64,000 nt of DNA, taken from Eledone cirrhosa (Eukaryota). The stretch covers positions 335,606,001 to 335,670,000 of the forward strand of contig OZ024741.1 of NCBI GenBank assembly GCA_964016885.1. The letters are read 5' to 3'. The notes beneath the pieces are model-generated. The model saw only the letters and a list, made by a program, of their open reading frames with translations. It was not told where the DNA came from and made no database searches. The position numbers and the translations under genes were made by a program. Numbering within the stretch: position 1 is the stretch's first letter; each line of letters opens with the position of its first letter. Shown in pieces: positions 1 through 18,900 of the stretch.

Positions 1-3000
1 AACAGTACAACCAACAAGACACCACCACCTACCACTACAACCAACAAGACACCAGCACCTACCACTACAACCAACAAGACACCAACACCTACCACTACAA
101 CCAACAAGACACCACCACCTACCACCACAACCAACAAGACACCACCACCTACCACCACAACCAACAAGACACCACCACCTACAACTACAACCAACAAGAC
201 ACCAGCACCTACCACTACAACCAACAAGACACCACCACCTGCCACTACAACCAACAAGACACCACCACCTACCACCACAACCAACAAGACACCACCACCT
301 ACCACCACAACCAACAAGACACTACCACCTACCACTACAACCAACAAGACACCACCACCTACCACTACAACCAACAAGACACCACCACCTACCACTACAA
401 CCAACAAGACACCACCATCTACCACCCCAACCAACAAAACACCACCACCTACCACAGCAACCAACAAGACGCCACCACCTACCACTACAACCAACAAGAC
501 GCCACCACCTACCACTACAACCAACAAGACACCACCATCTAACACCCCAACCAACAAAACACCACCACCTACCATTACAACCAAGAAGACACCACCACCT
601 ACCACTACAACCAACAAGACACCACCACATACCACTACAACCAACAAGACACCACCACCTACCACTACAACCAACAAGACACCACCACCTACCACCTACA
701 ACCAATAAGACACCACCACCTACCACCACAACCAACAAAACACCACCACCTACCAGTACAACCAACAAAACACCAGCACCTACCACAACAACAAACAAGA
801 CACCACCACCTACCACTACAACCAACAAGACACCACCACCTACCACTACAACCAACAAGACACCACCACCTACCACCACAACCAACAAGACACCACCACC
901 TACCACTACAACCATCAATACACCAGCACCTACCACTACAACCAGCAAGACACCACCACCTACCACTACCACCAACAAGACACCACCACCTACCACTACA
1001 AACAACAAGACACCAACACCTACCACTAAAACCAACAAGACACCACCACCTACCACTACAACCAGCAAGAGTCCACCACCTACCACTACAACCAACAAAA
1101 CACCACCACCTAACACTACAACCAACAAGACACCACCACCTGCCACTACAACCAACAAGACACCACCACCTACCACTACAATCAACAAAACACCACCACC
1201 TACCACCACAAACAACAAAACACCACCACCTAACACTACAACCAACAAGACACCACCACCTACCACTACAACCAACAAGATACCTGCACCTACCACTACA
1301 ACCAACAAAACACCACCACCTACCACTACAACCAACAAAACACCACCACCTACCACTACAACCAACAAGACACCACCACCTACCACCACAACCAGCAAGA
1401 CACCACCACCTACCACTACAACCAACAAGAGACCAACACCTACCACTACAACCAACAAAACACCACCACCTACCACTACAACCAACAAGACACCACCACC
1501 TACCACTACAACCAACAAGACACCACCACCTACCACTACAACCAACAAGACACCAGCACCTACCACTACAACCAACAAAACACCACCACATACCACTACA
1601 ACCAACAAGACACCACCACCTACCACTACAACCAACAAGACACCACCACATACCACTACAACCAACAAGACACCACCACCTACCACTACAACCAACAAAA
1701 CACCACCACCTACCACTACAACCAACAAGACACCACCACCTACCACCACAACCAACAAGAAACCACCACCTACCACTACAACCAAGACACCACAACCTAC
1801 CACCACAACCAACAAGACACCACCACCTACCACTACAACCAAGAAAACACCACCACCTACCACTACAACCAACAAGACACCACTACAAACAAATAGAGAC
1901 CACCACCTACCACTACAATCAACAAAACACCACCACCTACCACTACAACCAACAAGACACCACCACCTAACAGTACAACCAACAAGACACCACCACCTAC
2001 AACTACAACCAACAAGACACCAGCACCTACCACTACAACGAACAAGACACCACCACCTGCCACTACAACCAACAAGACACCACCACCTACCACCACAACC
2101 AACAAGACACCACCACCTACCACCACAACCAACAAGACACCACCACCTACCACCATAACCAACAAGACACCACCACCTGCCACTACCACCAACAAGACAC
2201 CACCACCTACCACTACAAACAACAAGACACCAACACCTACCATCATAACCAACAAGACACCACCACCTACCACCACAACCAACAAGACACTACCACCTAC
2301 CACTACAACCAACAAGACACCACCACCTACCACTACAACCAACAAGACACCACCACCTACCACTACAACCAACAAGACACCACCATCTACCACCCCAACC
2401 AACAAAACACCACCACCTACCACAGCAACCAACAAGACGCCACCACCTACCACTACAACCAACAAGACGCCACCACCTACCACTACAACCAACAAGACAC
2501 CACCATCTAACACCCCAACCAACAAAACACCACCACCTACCATTACAACCAACAAGACACCACCACCTACCACTACAACCAACAAGACACCACCACATAC
2601 CACTACAACCAACAAGACACCACCACCTACCACTAAAACCAACAAGACACCACCACCTACCACCTACAACCAATAAGACACCACCACCTACCACCACAAC
2701 CAACAAAACACGACCACCTACCAGTACAACCAACAAAACACCAGCACCTACCACAACAACCAACAAGACACCACCACCTACCACTACAACCAACAAGACA
2801 CCACCACCTACCACTACAACCAACAAGACACCACCACCTACCACCACAACCAACAAGACACCACCACCTACCACTACAACCATCAATACACCAGCACCTA
2901 CCACTACAACCAGCAAGACACCACCACCTACCACCACAACCAACAAGACACCACCACCTACCACTACAACCAACAAGACACCAACACCAACCACTACAAC

Positions 3001-6000
3001 CAACAAAATACCACCACATACCACCACAACCAACAAGACACCACCACATACAACAACAACCAACAAGACACCACCACCTACCACTACAGCCAACAAGACA
3101 CCACCACCTACCACCACAGCCAACAAAACACCACCACCTACCACAACAACCAACAAGACACCACCACCTGCCACTACAACCAACAAGACACCACTACCTA
3201 CCACTACAACCAACAAGACACCACCACCTACCACTACAACCAACAAGACACCACCACCTACCACTACAACCAACAAGACACCACCACCTACCACTACAAC
3301 CAACAAGACACCACCACCTACCACTACAACCAACAGGACAACACTACCTACCACTACAACCAACAAGATACCACCACCTACCACTACTACCAACAAGACA
3401 CCACCACCTACCACTACAACCAACAAGACACCACTACCTACCACTACAACCAACAAGACACCACCACCTACCACTACAACCAACAAGACACCACCACCTA
3501 CCACCACAACCAACAAGACACCACCACCTACCACTACAACCAACAAAACACCACCACCTACCACTACAACCAACAAGACACCACCACCTACCACCACAAC
3601 CAGCAAGACACCACCACCTACCACTACAACCAACAAGAGACCAACAGCTACCACTACAACCAACAAAACACCACCACCTACCACTACAACCAACAAGACA
3701 CCACCACCTACCACTACAACCAACAAGACACCACCACCTACCACTACAACCAACAAGACACCAGCACCTACCACTACAACCAACAAAACACCACCACATA
3801 CCACTACAACCAACAAGACACCACCACCTACCACTACAACCAACAAGACACCACCACATACCACTACAACCAACAAGACACCACCACCTACCACTACAAC
3901 CAACAAAACACCACCACCTACCACTACAACCAACAAGACACCACCACCTACGACCACAACCAACAAGAAACCACCACCTACCACTACAACCAAGACACCA
4001 CAACCTACCACCACAACCAACAAGACACCACCACCTACAACTACAACCAACAAGACACCAGCACCTACCACTACAACGAACAAGACACCACCACCTGCCA
4101 CTACAACCAACAAGACACCACCACCTACCACCACAACCAACAAGACACCACCACCTACCACCATAACCAACAAGACACCACCACCTGCCACTACCACCAA
4201 CAAGACACCACCACCTACCACTACAAACAACAAGACACCAACACCTACCATCATAACCAACAAGACACCACCACCTACCACCACAACCAACAAGACACTA
4301 CCACCTACCACTACAACCAACAAGACACCACCACCTACCACTACAACCAACAAGACACCACCACCTACCACTACAACCAACAAGACACCACCATCTACCA
4401 CCCCAACCAACAAAACACCACCACCTACCACAGCAACCAACAAGACGCCACCACCTACCACTACAACCAACAAGACGCCACCACCTACCACTACAACCAA
4501 CAAGACACCACCACCTACCACAACAACACACAAGACACCACCACCTACCACTACAACCAACAAAACACCACCACCTACCACAACAACCAACAAGACACCA
4601 CCACCTACCACTACAACCAACAAGACACCACCACCTACCACCACAACCAACAAGACACCACCACCTACCACTACAACCAACAAGACACCACCACCTACCA
4701 CTACAACCAACAAGACACCACCACCTACCACTACAACCAACAAGACACAACCACAACCAACAAGACACCACCACCTACCAACACATCCAACAAGACACCA
4801 CCACCTACCACTACAACCAACAAGACACCACCACCTACCACTATAACCAATAAGACACCACCACCTACCACTACAACCAACAAGACACCACCACCTACCA
4901 CTACAACCAATAAGACACCACCACCTACCACTACAACCAACAAGACACCACCACCTACCACTACAACCAACAAGACACCACCACCTACTACTACAACCAA
5001 CAAGACACCACCACCTACCACTACAACCAACAAGACACCACCACCTACCACTACAACCAATAAGACACCACCACCTACCACTACAACCAACAAGACACCA
5101 CCACCTACCACTACAACCAACAAGACACCACCACTTACCACTACAACTAACAAGACACCACCATCTACCACTACAACCAACAAGACACCACCACCTACCA
5201 CTACAACCAACAAGACACCACCACCTACCACTACAACAAATAAAACACCACCACCTACCACTACAACCAACAAGACACCACCACCTACCACTACAACTAA
5301 CAAGACACCACCACCTACCACTACAACCAACAAGACACCACCACCTACCACTAGAACCAACAAGACACCACCACCTACCACTAGAACCAACAAGACACCA
5401 CCACCTACCACTACAACCAACAAGACACCACCACCTAACACCACAACCAACAAGACACCACCACCTACCACCACAACCAACAAGACACCACCACCTACCA
5501 CCATAACCAACAAGACACCACCACCTGCCACTACCACCAACAAGACACCACCACCTACCACTACAAACAACAAGACACCAACACCTACCATCATAACCAA
5601 CAAGACACCACCACCTACCACCACAACCAACAAGACACTACCACCTACCACTACAACCAACAAGACACCACCACCTACCACTACAACCAACAAGACACCA
5701 CCACCTACCACTACAACCAACAAGACACCACCATCTACCACCCCAACCAACAAAACACCACCACCTACCACAGCAACCAACAAGACGCCACCACCTACCA
5801 CTACAACCAACAAGACGCCACCACCTACCACTACAACCAACAAGACACCACCATCTAACACCCCAACCAACAAAACACCACCACCTACCATTACAACCAA
5901 CAAGACACCACCACCTACCACTACAACCAACAAGACACCACCACATACCACTACAACCAACAAGACACCACCACCTACCACTAAAAGCAACAAGACACCA

Positions 6001-8979
6001 CCACCTACCACCTACAACCAATAAGACACCACCACCTACCACCACAACCAACAAAACACCACCACCTACCAGTACAACCAACAAAACACCAGCACCTACC
6101 ACAACAACCAACAAGACACCACCACCTACCACTACAACCAACAAGACACCACCACCTACCACTACAACCAACAAGACACCACCACCTACCACCACAACCA
6201 ACAAGACACCACCACCTACCACTACAACCATCAATACACCAGCACCTACCACTACAACCAACAAAACACCAGCACCTACCACAACAACCAACAAGACACC
6301 ACCACCTACCACTACAACCAACAAGACACCACCACCTACCACTACAACCAACAAGACACCACCACCTACCACCACAACCAACAAGACACCACCACCTACC
6401 ACTACAGCCAACAAGACACCACCACCTACCACCACAGCCAACAAAACACCACCACCTACCACAACAACCAACAAGACACCACCACCTACCACTACAACCA
6501 ACAAGACACCACCACCTACCACTACTACCAACAAGACACCACCACCTACCACTACAACCAACAAGACACCACTACCTACCACTACAACCCACAAGACACC
6601 ACCACCTACCACTACAACCAACAAGACACCACCACCTACCACCACAACCAACAAGACACCACCACCTACCACTACAACCAACAAAACACCACCACCTACC
6701 ACTACAACCAACAAGACACCACCACCTACCACTACAACCAACAAGACACCACCACCTACCACTACAACCAACAAGAAACCAACACCTACCACTACAACCA
6801 ACAAGACACCACCACCTACCACTACAACCAACAAGACACCACCACCTACGACTACAACCAACAAGACACCACCACCTACCACTACTACCAACAAGACACC
6901 ACCACCTACCACTACAACCAACAAGACACCACAACCTACCACTACAACCAACAAGACACCACCACATACCACTACAACCAACAAGACACCAGCACCTACC
7001 ACTACAACCAACAAGACACCATCACCTACCACTACAACCAACAAGACACCACCACCTACCACTACAACCAACAAAACCCCACCACCTACCACCACAACCA
7101 ACAAAACACCACCACCTACCACTACTACCAGCAAGACACCACCACCGACAATACAACCAACAAGACACCACCACTTACCACTTCAACCAACAAGACACCA
7201 CCACCTACCAGCCCAACCAACAAGACACTACCACCTACCACTAGAACCAACAAGACACCACCACCTACCACTACAACCAACAAGACACCACCACCTACCA
7301 CTACAACCAACAAAACACCATCACCTACCACTACAACCAACAAGACACCACCACCTACCACCACAACCAACAAGACACCACCACCTACCACCACAGCCAA
7401 CAAGACACCAGCACCTACCACTACAACCAACAAGAGACCACCACCTACCACTACAACCAACAAGACACCACCACCTACCACTACAACCAACAAGACACCG
7501 CCACCTATCACCACAACCAACAAGACACCACCACCTACCACTACAACCAACTAGACATCACCACCTACCACCACAACCAACAAGACACCACCACCTACCA
7601 CCACAACCAACAAGACACCACCACCTACCACTACACCCAACAAGACACCACCACATACCACTACAACCAACAAAACACCACCACCTACCACAACAACCAA
7701 CAAGACACCGCCACCTACCACTACAACCAACAAGACACCACCACCTACCACCACAACCAACAAGACACCACCACCTACCACTACAACCAACAAGACACCA
7801 CCACCTACCACTACAACCAACAAGACACCACCACCTACCACTACAACCAACAAGACACAACCACAACCAACAAGACACCACCACCTACCACTACAACCAA
7901 CAAGACACCACCACCTACCACAACAACACACAAGACACCACCACCTACCACTACAACCAACAAAACACCACCACCTACCACAACAACCAACAAGACACCG
8001 CCACCTACCACTACAACCAACAAGACACCACCACCTACCACCACAACCAACAAGACACCACCACCTACCACTACAACCAACAAGACACCACCACCTACCA
8101 CTACAACCAACAAGACACCACCACCTACCACTACAACCAACAAGACACAACCACAACCAACAAGACACCACCACCTACCAACACATCCAACAAGACACCA
8201 CCACCTACCACTACAACCAACAAGACACCACCACCTACCACTATAACCAATAAGACACCACCACCTACCACTACAACCAACAAGACACCACCACCTACCA
8301 CTACAACCAATAAGACACCACCACCTACCACTACAACCAACAAGACACCACCACCTACCACTACAACCAACAAGACACCACCACCTACCACTACAACCAA
8401 CAAGACACCACCACCTACCACTACAACAAACAAGACACCACCACCTACCACTACAACCAATAAGACACCACCACCTACCACTACAACCAACAAGACACCA
8501 CCACCTACCACTACAACCAACAAGACACCACCACTTACCACTACAACTAACAAGACACCACCACCTACCACTACAACCAACAAGACACCACCACCTACCA
8601 CTACAACCAACAAGACACCACCACCTACCACTACAACAAATAAAACACCACCACCTACCACTACAACCAACAAGACACCACCACCTACCACTACAACTAA
8701 CAAGACACCACCACCTACCACTACAACCAACAAGACACCACCACCTACCACTAGAACCAACAAGACACCACCACCTACCACTAGAACCAACAAGACACCA
8801 CCACCTACCACTACAACCAACAAGACACCACCACCTAACACCACAACCAACAAGACACCACCATCTACCACTACAACCAACAAGACACCACCACCTACCA
8901 CCACAACCAGCAAGACACCCCCACCTACCACTACTACCAACAAGACACCACCACCTACCACTACAACCAACAAGACACC

Positions 8980-11780
8980 ACCACCTACCACTACAACCAA
9001 CAAGACACCACTACCTACCACTACAACCAACAAGACACCACCACCTACCACCACAACCAACAAAACAACACCACCTACCACTACAACCAACAAGACACCA
9101 CCACCTACCACTACAACCAACATGACACCACCACCTACCACTACAACCAATAAGACACCACCACGTGCCACTACAAACAACAAAACACCAGCACCTACCA
9201 CTACAAACAACAAGACACCACCACCTACCACTACAACCAACAAAACACCAGCACCTACTACTACAACCAACAAGACACCACCACCTACCACTACAACCAA
9301 CAATACAGCACCACCTACAAGACACCACCATCTACCACCACAACCAACAAGACACCACCACCTACCACTACAACCAACAAGACACCACCACCTACCACTA
9401 CAACCAACAATACTGCACCACCTACAAGACACAACCACCTACCACTACAACCAACAATACAGCACCACCTACAAGACACCACCACCTACCACTACAACCA
9501 ACAAGACACCACCACCACCCACCACAGCCAACAAAACACTACCACCTACCACTACAACCAACAAGACACCACCACCTACCACTACAACCAACAAGATACC
9601 ACCACCTACAACTACAACCAACAAGACCCAACCACTTACCACTACAACCAACAAGACACCACCACCTACCACCACAACCAACAATACACCACCACCTACA
9701 CCCACAACCAACAAGACACCACCACCTACCACTACAACCAACAAGACACCACCACCTACCACCACAACCAACAAGACAGCACCACCTACCACTAGAACCA
9801 ACAAGACATCACAACCTACCACTACAACCAACAAGACACCACAACCTACCACTACAACCAACAAGACACCACCATGGACCAATACAACCAACAAGACACC
9901 ACAACCTACCACTACAACCAACAAGACACCACCACCTACCACTACAACCAACAAGACACCACCACCTACCACAACAACACACAAGACACCACCACCTACC
10001 ACTACAACCAACAAGACACCACCACCTACCACCACAACCAACAAGACACCACCACCTACCACTACAACCAACAAGACACCACCACCTACCACTACAACCA
10101 ATAAAACACCATGACCTACCACTACAACTAACAAGACACCACCACCTACCACTACAACCAACAAGACACCACCACCTACCACTACAACCAACAAGACACC
10201 ACCACCTACCACTACAACCAACAAGACACCACCACCTACCACTACAACCAATAAGACACCACCACCTACCACTACAACCAACAAGGCACCACCACCTACC
10301 ACTACAACCAACAAGACACCACCACTTACCACTACAACTAACAAGACACCACCACCTACCACTACAACCAACAAGACACCACCACCTACCACTACAACCA
10401 ACAAGACACCACTACCTACCACTACAACCAACAAGACACCACCACCTACCACCACAACCAACAAGAAACCACCACCTACCACTACAACCAACAAGACACC
10501 ACCACCTACCACTACAACCAACATGACACCACCACCTACCACTACAACCAATAAGACACCACCACGTGCCACTACAAACAACAAAACACCAGCACCTACC
10601 ACTACAACCAACAAGACACCACCACCTACCACTACAACCAACAATACAGCACCACCTACAAGACACCACCATCTACCACCACAACCAACAAGACAGCACC
10701 ACCTACCACTACAACCAACAAGACACCAGCACCTACCACTACAACCAACAAAACACCAGCACCTACAACTACAACCAACAAGACACCACCACCTACCACT
10801 ACAACCAACAATACTGCACCACCTACAAGACACAACCACCTACCACTACAACCAACAATACAGCACCACCTACAAGACACCACCACCTACCACTACAACC
10901 AACAAGACACCACCACCACCCACCACAGCCAACAAAACACAACCACCTACCACTACAACCAACAAGACACCACCACCTACCACTACAACCAACAAGACAC
11001 CACCACCTACAACCACAACCATCAAGACCCAACCACTTACCACTACAACCATCAAGACACCACCACCTACCAACACAACCAACAAGACACCACCACCTAC
11101 ACCCACAACCAACAAGACACCACCACCTACCACTACAACCAACAAGACACCACCACCTACCACCACAACCAACAAGACAGCACCACCTACCACTAGATCC
11201 AACAAGACACCACAACCTACCACTACAACCAACAAGACACCACAACCTACCACTACAACCAACAAGACACCACCATGGACCAATACAACCAACAAGACAC
11301 CACAACCTACCACTACAACCAACAAGACACCACCACCTACCACTACAACCAACAAGACACCACCACCTACCACAACAACACACAAGACACCACCACCTAC
11401 CACTACAACCAACAAGACACCACCACCTACCACCGCAACCAACAAGACACCACCACCTACCATTACAACCAACAAGACACTACCACCTACCACTACAACC
11501 AATAAGACATCATGACCTACCACTACAACTAACAAGACACCACCACCTACCACTACAACCAACAAGACACCACCACCTACCACTACAACCAACAAGACAC
11601 CACCACCTACCACTACAACCAACAAGACACCACCACCTACCACTACAACCAATAAGACACCACCACCTACCACTACACCCAACAAGACACCACCACCTAC
11701 CACTACAACCAACAAGACACCACCACTTACCACTACAACTAACAAGACACCACCACCTAGCACTACAACCAACAAGACAC
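8980..11780 (+). repeat. Higher-order tandem duplication inside the array, ~1.4-kb period
   Basis: Diagnostic variants recur at offset 1401: AACATGAC at ~9120/10521, CCATGGACCAAT at ~9872/11273, TGA at 10112/11513. Boundaries are approximate. Confidence 0.85.
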
Positions 11781-12929
11781 CACCACCTACCACTACAACC
11801 AACAAGACACAACCACAACCAACAAGACACCACCACCTACCACCACAACCAACAAGACACCACCACCTACCACTACAACCAATAAGACACCACCACCTAC
11901 CACTACAACCAACAAGACACCACCACCTACCACTACAACAAATAAGACACCACCACCTACCACTACAACCAACAAGACACCACCACCTACCACTACAACT
12001 AACAAGACACCACCACCTACCACTACAACCAACACGACACCACCACCTACCACCACAACCAACAAAACACCACCACCTACCACTACAACCAACACGACAC
12101 CACCACCTACCACCACAACCAACAAAACACCACCACCTACCACTACAACCAACAAGACACCACCACATACCACTACAATCAACAAAAAACCACCACCTAC
12201 TACTACAACCAACAAGACATAACCACAACCAACAAGACACCACCACCTACCACCACAACCAACAAGACACCACCACCTACCATCACAACCAACAAGACAC
12301 CACCACCTACCACCACAACCAACAAAACACCACCACCTACCACTACAACCAACAAGACACCACCACATACCACTACAACCAACAAAACACCACCACCTAC
12401 CACTACAACCAACAAGACACCACCACCTACCACTACAACCAACAAGACACCAGCACCTACCACTACAACCAACAAAACACCACCACCTACCACTACAACC
12501 AACAAGACACCACCACCTACCACTACAACCAACAAGACACCACCACCTACCACTACAACCAACAAGACACCACCACCTACCACTACAACCAACAAAACAC
12601 CACCTACCACTACAACCAACAAGACACCACAACCAACAAGACACCACCACCTACCACTACAACCAAGACACCACAACCTACCACCGCAACCAACGAGACA
12701 CCACCACCTACCACTACAACCAAGAAAACACCACCACCTACCACTACAACCAACAAGACACCACTACAAACAAATAGAGACCACCACCTACCACTACAAC
12801 CAACAAAACACCACCACCTACCACTACAACCAACAAGACACCACCACCTACCACTACAACCAACAAGACACCAGCACCTACCACTACAACCAACAAGACA
12901 CCAACACCTACCACTACAACCAACAAGAC

Positions 12930-15900
12930 ACCACCACCTACCACCACAACCAACAAGACACCACCACCTACCACCACAACCAACAAGACACCACCACCTA
13001 CAACTACAACCAACAAGACACCAGCACCTACCACTACAACCAACAAGACACCACCACCTGCCACTACAACCAACAAGACACCACCACCTACCACCACAAC
13101 CAACAAGACACCACCACCTACCACCACAACCAACAAGACACCACCACCTACCACCATAACCAACAAGACACCACCACCTGCCACTACCACCAACAAGACA
13201 CCACCACCTACCACTACAAACAACAAGACACCACCACCTACCATCATAACCAACAAGACACCACCACCTACCACCACAACAAACAAGACACTACCACCTA
13301 CCACTACAACCAACAAGACACGACCACCTACCACTACAACCAACAAGACACCACCACCTACCACTATAACCAACAAGACACCACCATCTACCACCCCAAC
13401 CAACAAAACACCACCACCTACCACAGCAACCAACAAGACGCCACCACCTACCACTACAACCAACAAGACGCCACCACCTACCACTACAACCAACAAGACA
13501 CCACCATCTAACACCCCAACCAACAAAACACCACCACCTACCATTAAAACCAACAAGACACCACCACCTACCACTACAACCAACAAGACACCACCACATA
13601 CCACTACAACCAACAAGACACCACCACCTACCACTACAACCAACAAGACACCACCACCTACCACCTACAACCAATAAGACACCACCACCTACCACCACAA
13701 CCAACAAAACACCACCACCTACCAGTACAACCAACAAAACACCAGCACCTACCACAACAACCAACAAGACACCACCACCTACCACTACAACCAACAAGAC
13801 ACCACCACCTACCACTACAACCAACAAGACACCACCACCTACCACCACAACCAACAAGACACCACCACCTACCACTACAACCATCAATACACCAGCACCT
13901 ACCACTACAAGCAGCAAGACACCACCACCTACCACCACAACCAACAAGACACCACCACCTACCACTACAACCAACAAGACACCAACACCAACCACTACAA
14001 CCAACAAAATACCACCACATACCACCACAACCAACAAGACACCACCACATACAACAACAACCAACAAGACACCACCACCTACCACTACAACCAACAAGAC
14101 ACCACTACCTACCACTACAACCAACAAGACACCACCACCTACCACCACAACCAACAAAACACCACCACCTACCACTACAACCAACAAGACACCACCATCT
14201 ACCACTACAACAACAAGACACCACCACCTACCACTACAGACAACAAGACACCACCGCCTACCACCACAACCAACAAGACACCACCAGCTCCCACAAGAAA
14301 CAACAAGACACCACAACCAACCACTACAACCAACAAGACACCACAACCTACCACTACAACCAACAAGACACCACAACCTACCACTACAACCAACAAGACA
14401 CCACCACCTACCACTACAACCAACAAGACACCACAACCTACCACTACAACCAACAAGACACCAGCACGTACAACTACAACCAACAAAACACCACAACCTA
14501 CAACTACAACCAACAAGACACCACGACATACAACTACAACCAACAAGACACCACCACCTACCACTACAACCAACAAGACACCACAACCTGCCACTACAAC
14601 CAACAAGACACCACCACCTCCCACTACAACCAACAAGACACCACCACCTACCACTACAACCAACAAGACACCACAACCAACAAGACACCACCACCTACCA
14701 CTACAACAAACAAAACACCACCACCTACCACTACAACAAACAAGACACCACCACTTACCACTACAACCAACAAGACACCACCACCTACCACTACAACAAA
14801 CAAGACACCACCACTTACCACTACAACCAACAAGACACCCCCACCTACCACTACAACCAACAAGACACCACCACCTACCAATACAACCAACAAAACACCA
14901 CCACCTACCACCACAACCAACAAGACACCACCACCTACCACTACAACCAACAAAACACCACCACCTACCACTACAACCAACAAGACACCACCACTTACCA
15001 CTACAACCAACAAGACACCACCACCTACCACCACAACCAACAAGACACTACCACCTACCACCACAACCAACAAGACACCACCACCTACCACCACAACCAA
15101 CAAGACAGCACCACCTACCACTAGTACCAACAAGACACCACAACCTACCACTACAACCAACAAGACACCACCATGGACCACTACAACCAACAAGACACCA
15201 CAACCTACCACCACAACCAACAAGACACCACCACTTACCAATACAACAAACAAGACACCACCACCTACCACCACAACCAACAAGACAGTACCACCTACCA
15301 CTAGAACCAACAAGACACCACAACCTACCACTACAACCAACAGGACACCACGACCTACCACTACAACAAACAAGACACCACCACTTACCACTACAACCAA
15401 CAAGACACCACCACCTACCACTACAACCAACAAGACACCACCACCTAGCACCACAACCAACAAGACACCACCACCTACGACTACAACCAACAAAACACTA
15501 CCACCTACCACTACAACCAACAAGACACCACCACTTACCACTACAACCAACAAGACACCACCACCTACCACTAGAACCAACAAGACACCACAACCTACCA
15601 CTACAACCAACAAGACACCACCATGGACCACTACAACCAACAAGACACCAAAACCTACCACTACAACCAACAAGAGACCACCACCTACCACTACAACCAA
15701 CAAGACATTACCACCTACCACTACAACCAACAAAACACCACCACTTACCACTACAACCAACAAGTCACCACCAGCTCCCACAAGAACCAACAAGACACCA
15801 CAACCTACCACTACAACCAACAAGACACCACCACGTACAACTACAACCAACAAAACACCACAACCTACCACTACAACCAACAAGACACCACCACGTACAA

Positions 15901-18900
15901 CTACAACCAACAAGACACCACAACCTACAACTACAACCAACAAGACACCACAACCTACAACTACAACCAACAAGACACCACAACCTACAACTACAACCAA
16001 CAAGACACCACCACCTACAACTACAACCAACAAGACACCACAACCTACCACTACAACCAACAAGACACCACCACCTCCCACTACAACCAACAAGAGACCA
16101 CCTCCTACCACTACAACCAACAATACACCACAACCAACAAGACACCACCACCTACCACTACAACCAACAAAACACCACCACCTACCACTACAACAAACAA
16201 GACACCACCACTTACCACTACAACCAACAAGACACCACCACCTACCACTACAACAAACAAGACACCACCACTTACCACTACAACCAACAAGACACCACCA
16301 CCTACCACTACAACCAACAAGACACCACCACCTACTGCTACAACCAACAAGACACCACCACCTACCACTACAACCAACAAAACACCACCACCTACCACCA
16401 CAACCAACAAGACACCACCACCTACCACCACAACCAACAAGACACCACCACCTACAACTACAACCAACAAGACACCAGCACCTACCACTACAACCAACAA
16501 GACACCACCACCTGCCACTACAACCAACAAGACACCACCACCTACCACCACAACCAACAAGACACCACCACCTACCACCATAACCAACAAGACACCACCA
16601 CCTACCACCATAACCAACAAGACACCACCACCTGCCACTACCACCAACAAGACACCACCACCTACCACTACAAACAACAAGACACCACCACCTACCATCA
16701 TAACCAACAAGACACCACCACCTACCACCACAACAAACAAGACACTACCACCTACCACTACAACCAACAAGACACGACCACCTACCACTACAACCAACAA
16801 GACACCACCACCTACCACTATAACCAACAAGACACCACCATCTACCACCCCAACCAACAAAACACCACCACCTACCACAGCAACCAACAAGACGCCACCA
16901 CCTACCACTACAACCAACAAGACGCCACCACCTACCACTACAACCAACAAGACACCACCATCTAACACCCCAACCAACAAAACACCACCACCTACCATTA
17001 AAACCAACAAGACACCACCACCTACCACTACAACCAACAAGACACCACCACATACCACTACAACCAACAAGACACCACCACCTACCACTACAACCAACAA
17101 GACACCACCACCTACCACCTACAACCAATAAGACACCACCACCTACCACCACAACCAACAAAACACCACCACCTACCAGTACAACCAACAAAACACCAGC
17201 ACCTACCACAACAACCAAAAAGACACCACCACCTACCACTACAACCAACAAGACACCACCACCTACCACTACAACCAACAAGACACCACCACCTACCACT
17301 ACAACCAACAAGACACCACCACCTACCACCACAACCAACAAGACACCACCACCTACCACTACAACCATCAATACACCAGCACCTACCACTACAAGCAGTA
17401 AGACACCACCACCTACCACCACAACCAACAAGACACCACCACCTACCACTACAACCAACAAGACACCAACACCAACCACTACAACCAACAAAATACCACC
17501 ACATACCACCACAACCAACAAGACACCACCACATACAACAACAACCAACAAGACACCACCACCTACCACTACAACCAACAAGACACCACTACCTACCACT
17601 ACAACCAACAAGACACCACCACCTACCACCACAACCAACAAAACACCACCACCTACCACTACAACCAACAAGACACCACCATCTACCACTACAACAACAA
17701 GACACCACCACCTACCACTACAGACAACAAGACACCACCGCCTACCAGCACAACCAACAAGACACCACCAGCTCCCACAAGAAACAACAAGACACCACAA
17801 CCAACCACTACAACCAACAAGACACCACAACCTACCACTACAACCAACAAGACACCACAACCTACCACTACAACCAACAAGACACCACCACCTACCACTA
17901 CAACCAACAAGACACCACAACCTACCACTACAACCAACAAGACACCAGCACGTACAACTACAACCAACAAAACACCACAACCTACAACTACAACCAACAA
18001 GACACCACGACATACAACTACAACCAACAAGACACCACCACCTACCACTACAACCAACAAGACACCACAACCTGCCACTACAACCAACAAGACACCACCA
18101 CCTCCCACTACAACCAACAAGACACAACCACCTACCACTACAACCAACAAGACACCACAACCAACAAGACACCACCACCTACCACTACAACAAACAAAAC
18201 ACCACCACCTACCACTACAACAAACAAGACACCACCACTTACCACTACAACCAACAAGACACCACCACCTACCACTACAACAAACAAGACACCACCACTT
18301 ACCACTACAACCAACAAGACACCCCCACCTACCACTACAACCAACAAGACACCACCACCTACCAATACAACCAACAAAACACCACCACCTACCACCACAA
18401 CCAACAAGACACCACCACCTACCACTACAACCAACAAAACACCACCACCTACCACTACAACCAACAAGACACCACCACTTACCACTACAACCAACAAGAC
18501 ACCACCACCTACCACCACAACCAACAAGACACTACCACCTACCACCACAACCAACAAGACACCACCACCTACCACCACAACCAACAAGACAGCACCACCT
18601 ACCACTAGTACCAACAAGACACCACAACCTACCACTACAACCAACAAGACACCACCATGGACCACTACAACCAACAAGACACCACAACCTACCACCACAA
18701 CCAACAAGACACCACCACTTACCAATACAACAAACAAGACACCACCACCTACCACCACAACCAACAAGACAGTACCACCTACCACTAGAACCAACAAGAC
18801 ACCACAACCTACCACTACAACCAACAGGACACCACGACCTACCACTACAACAAACAAGACACCACCACTTACCACTACAACCAACAAGACACCACCACCT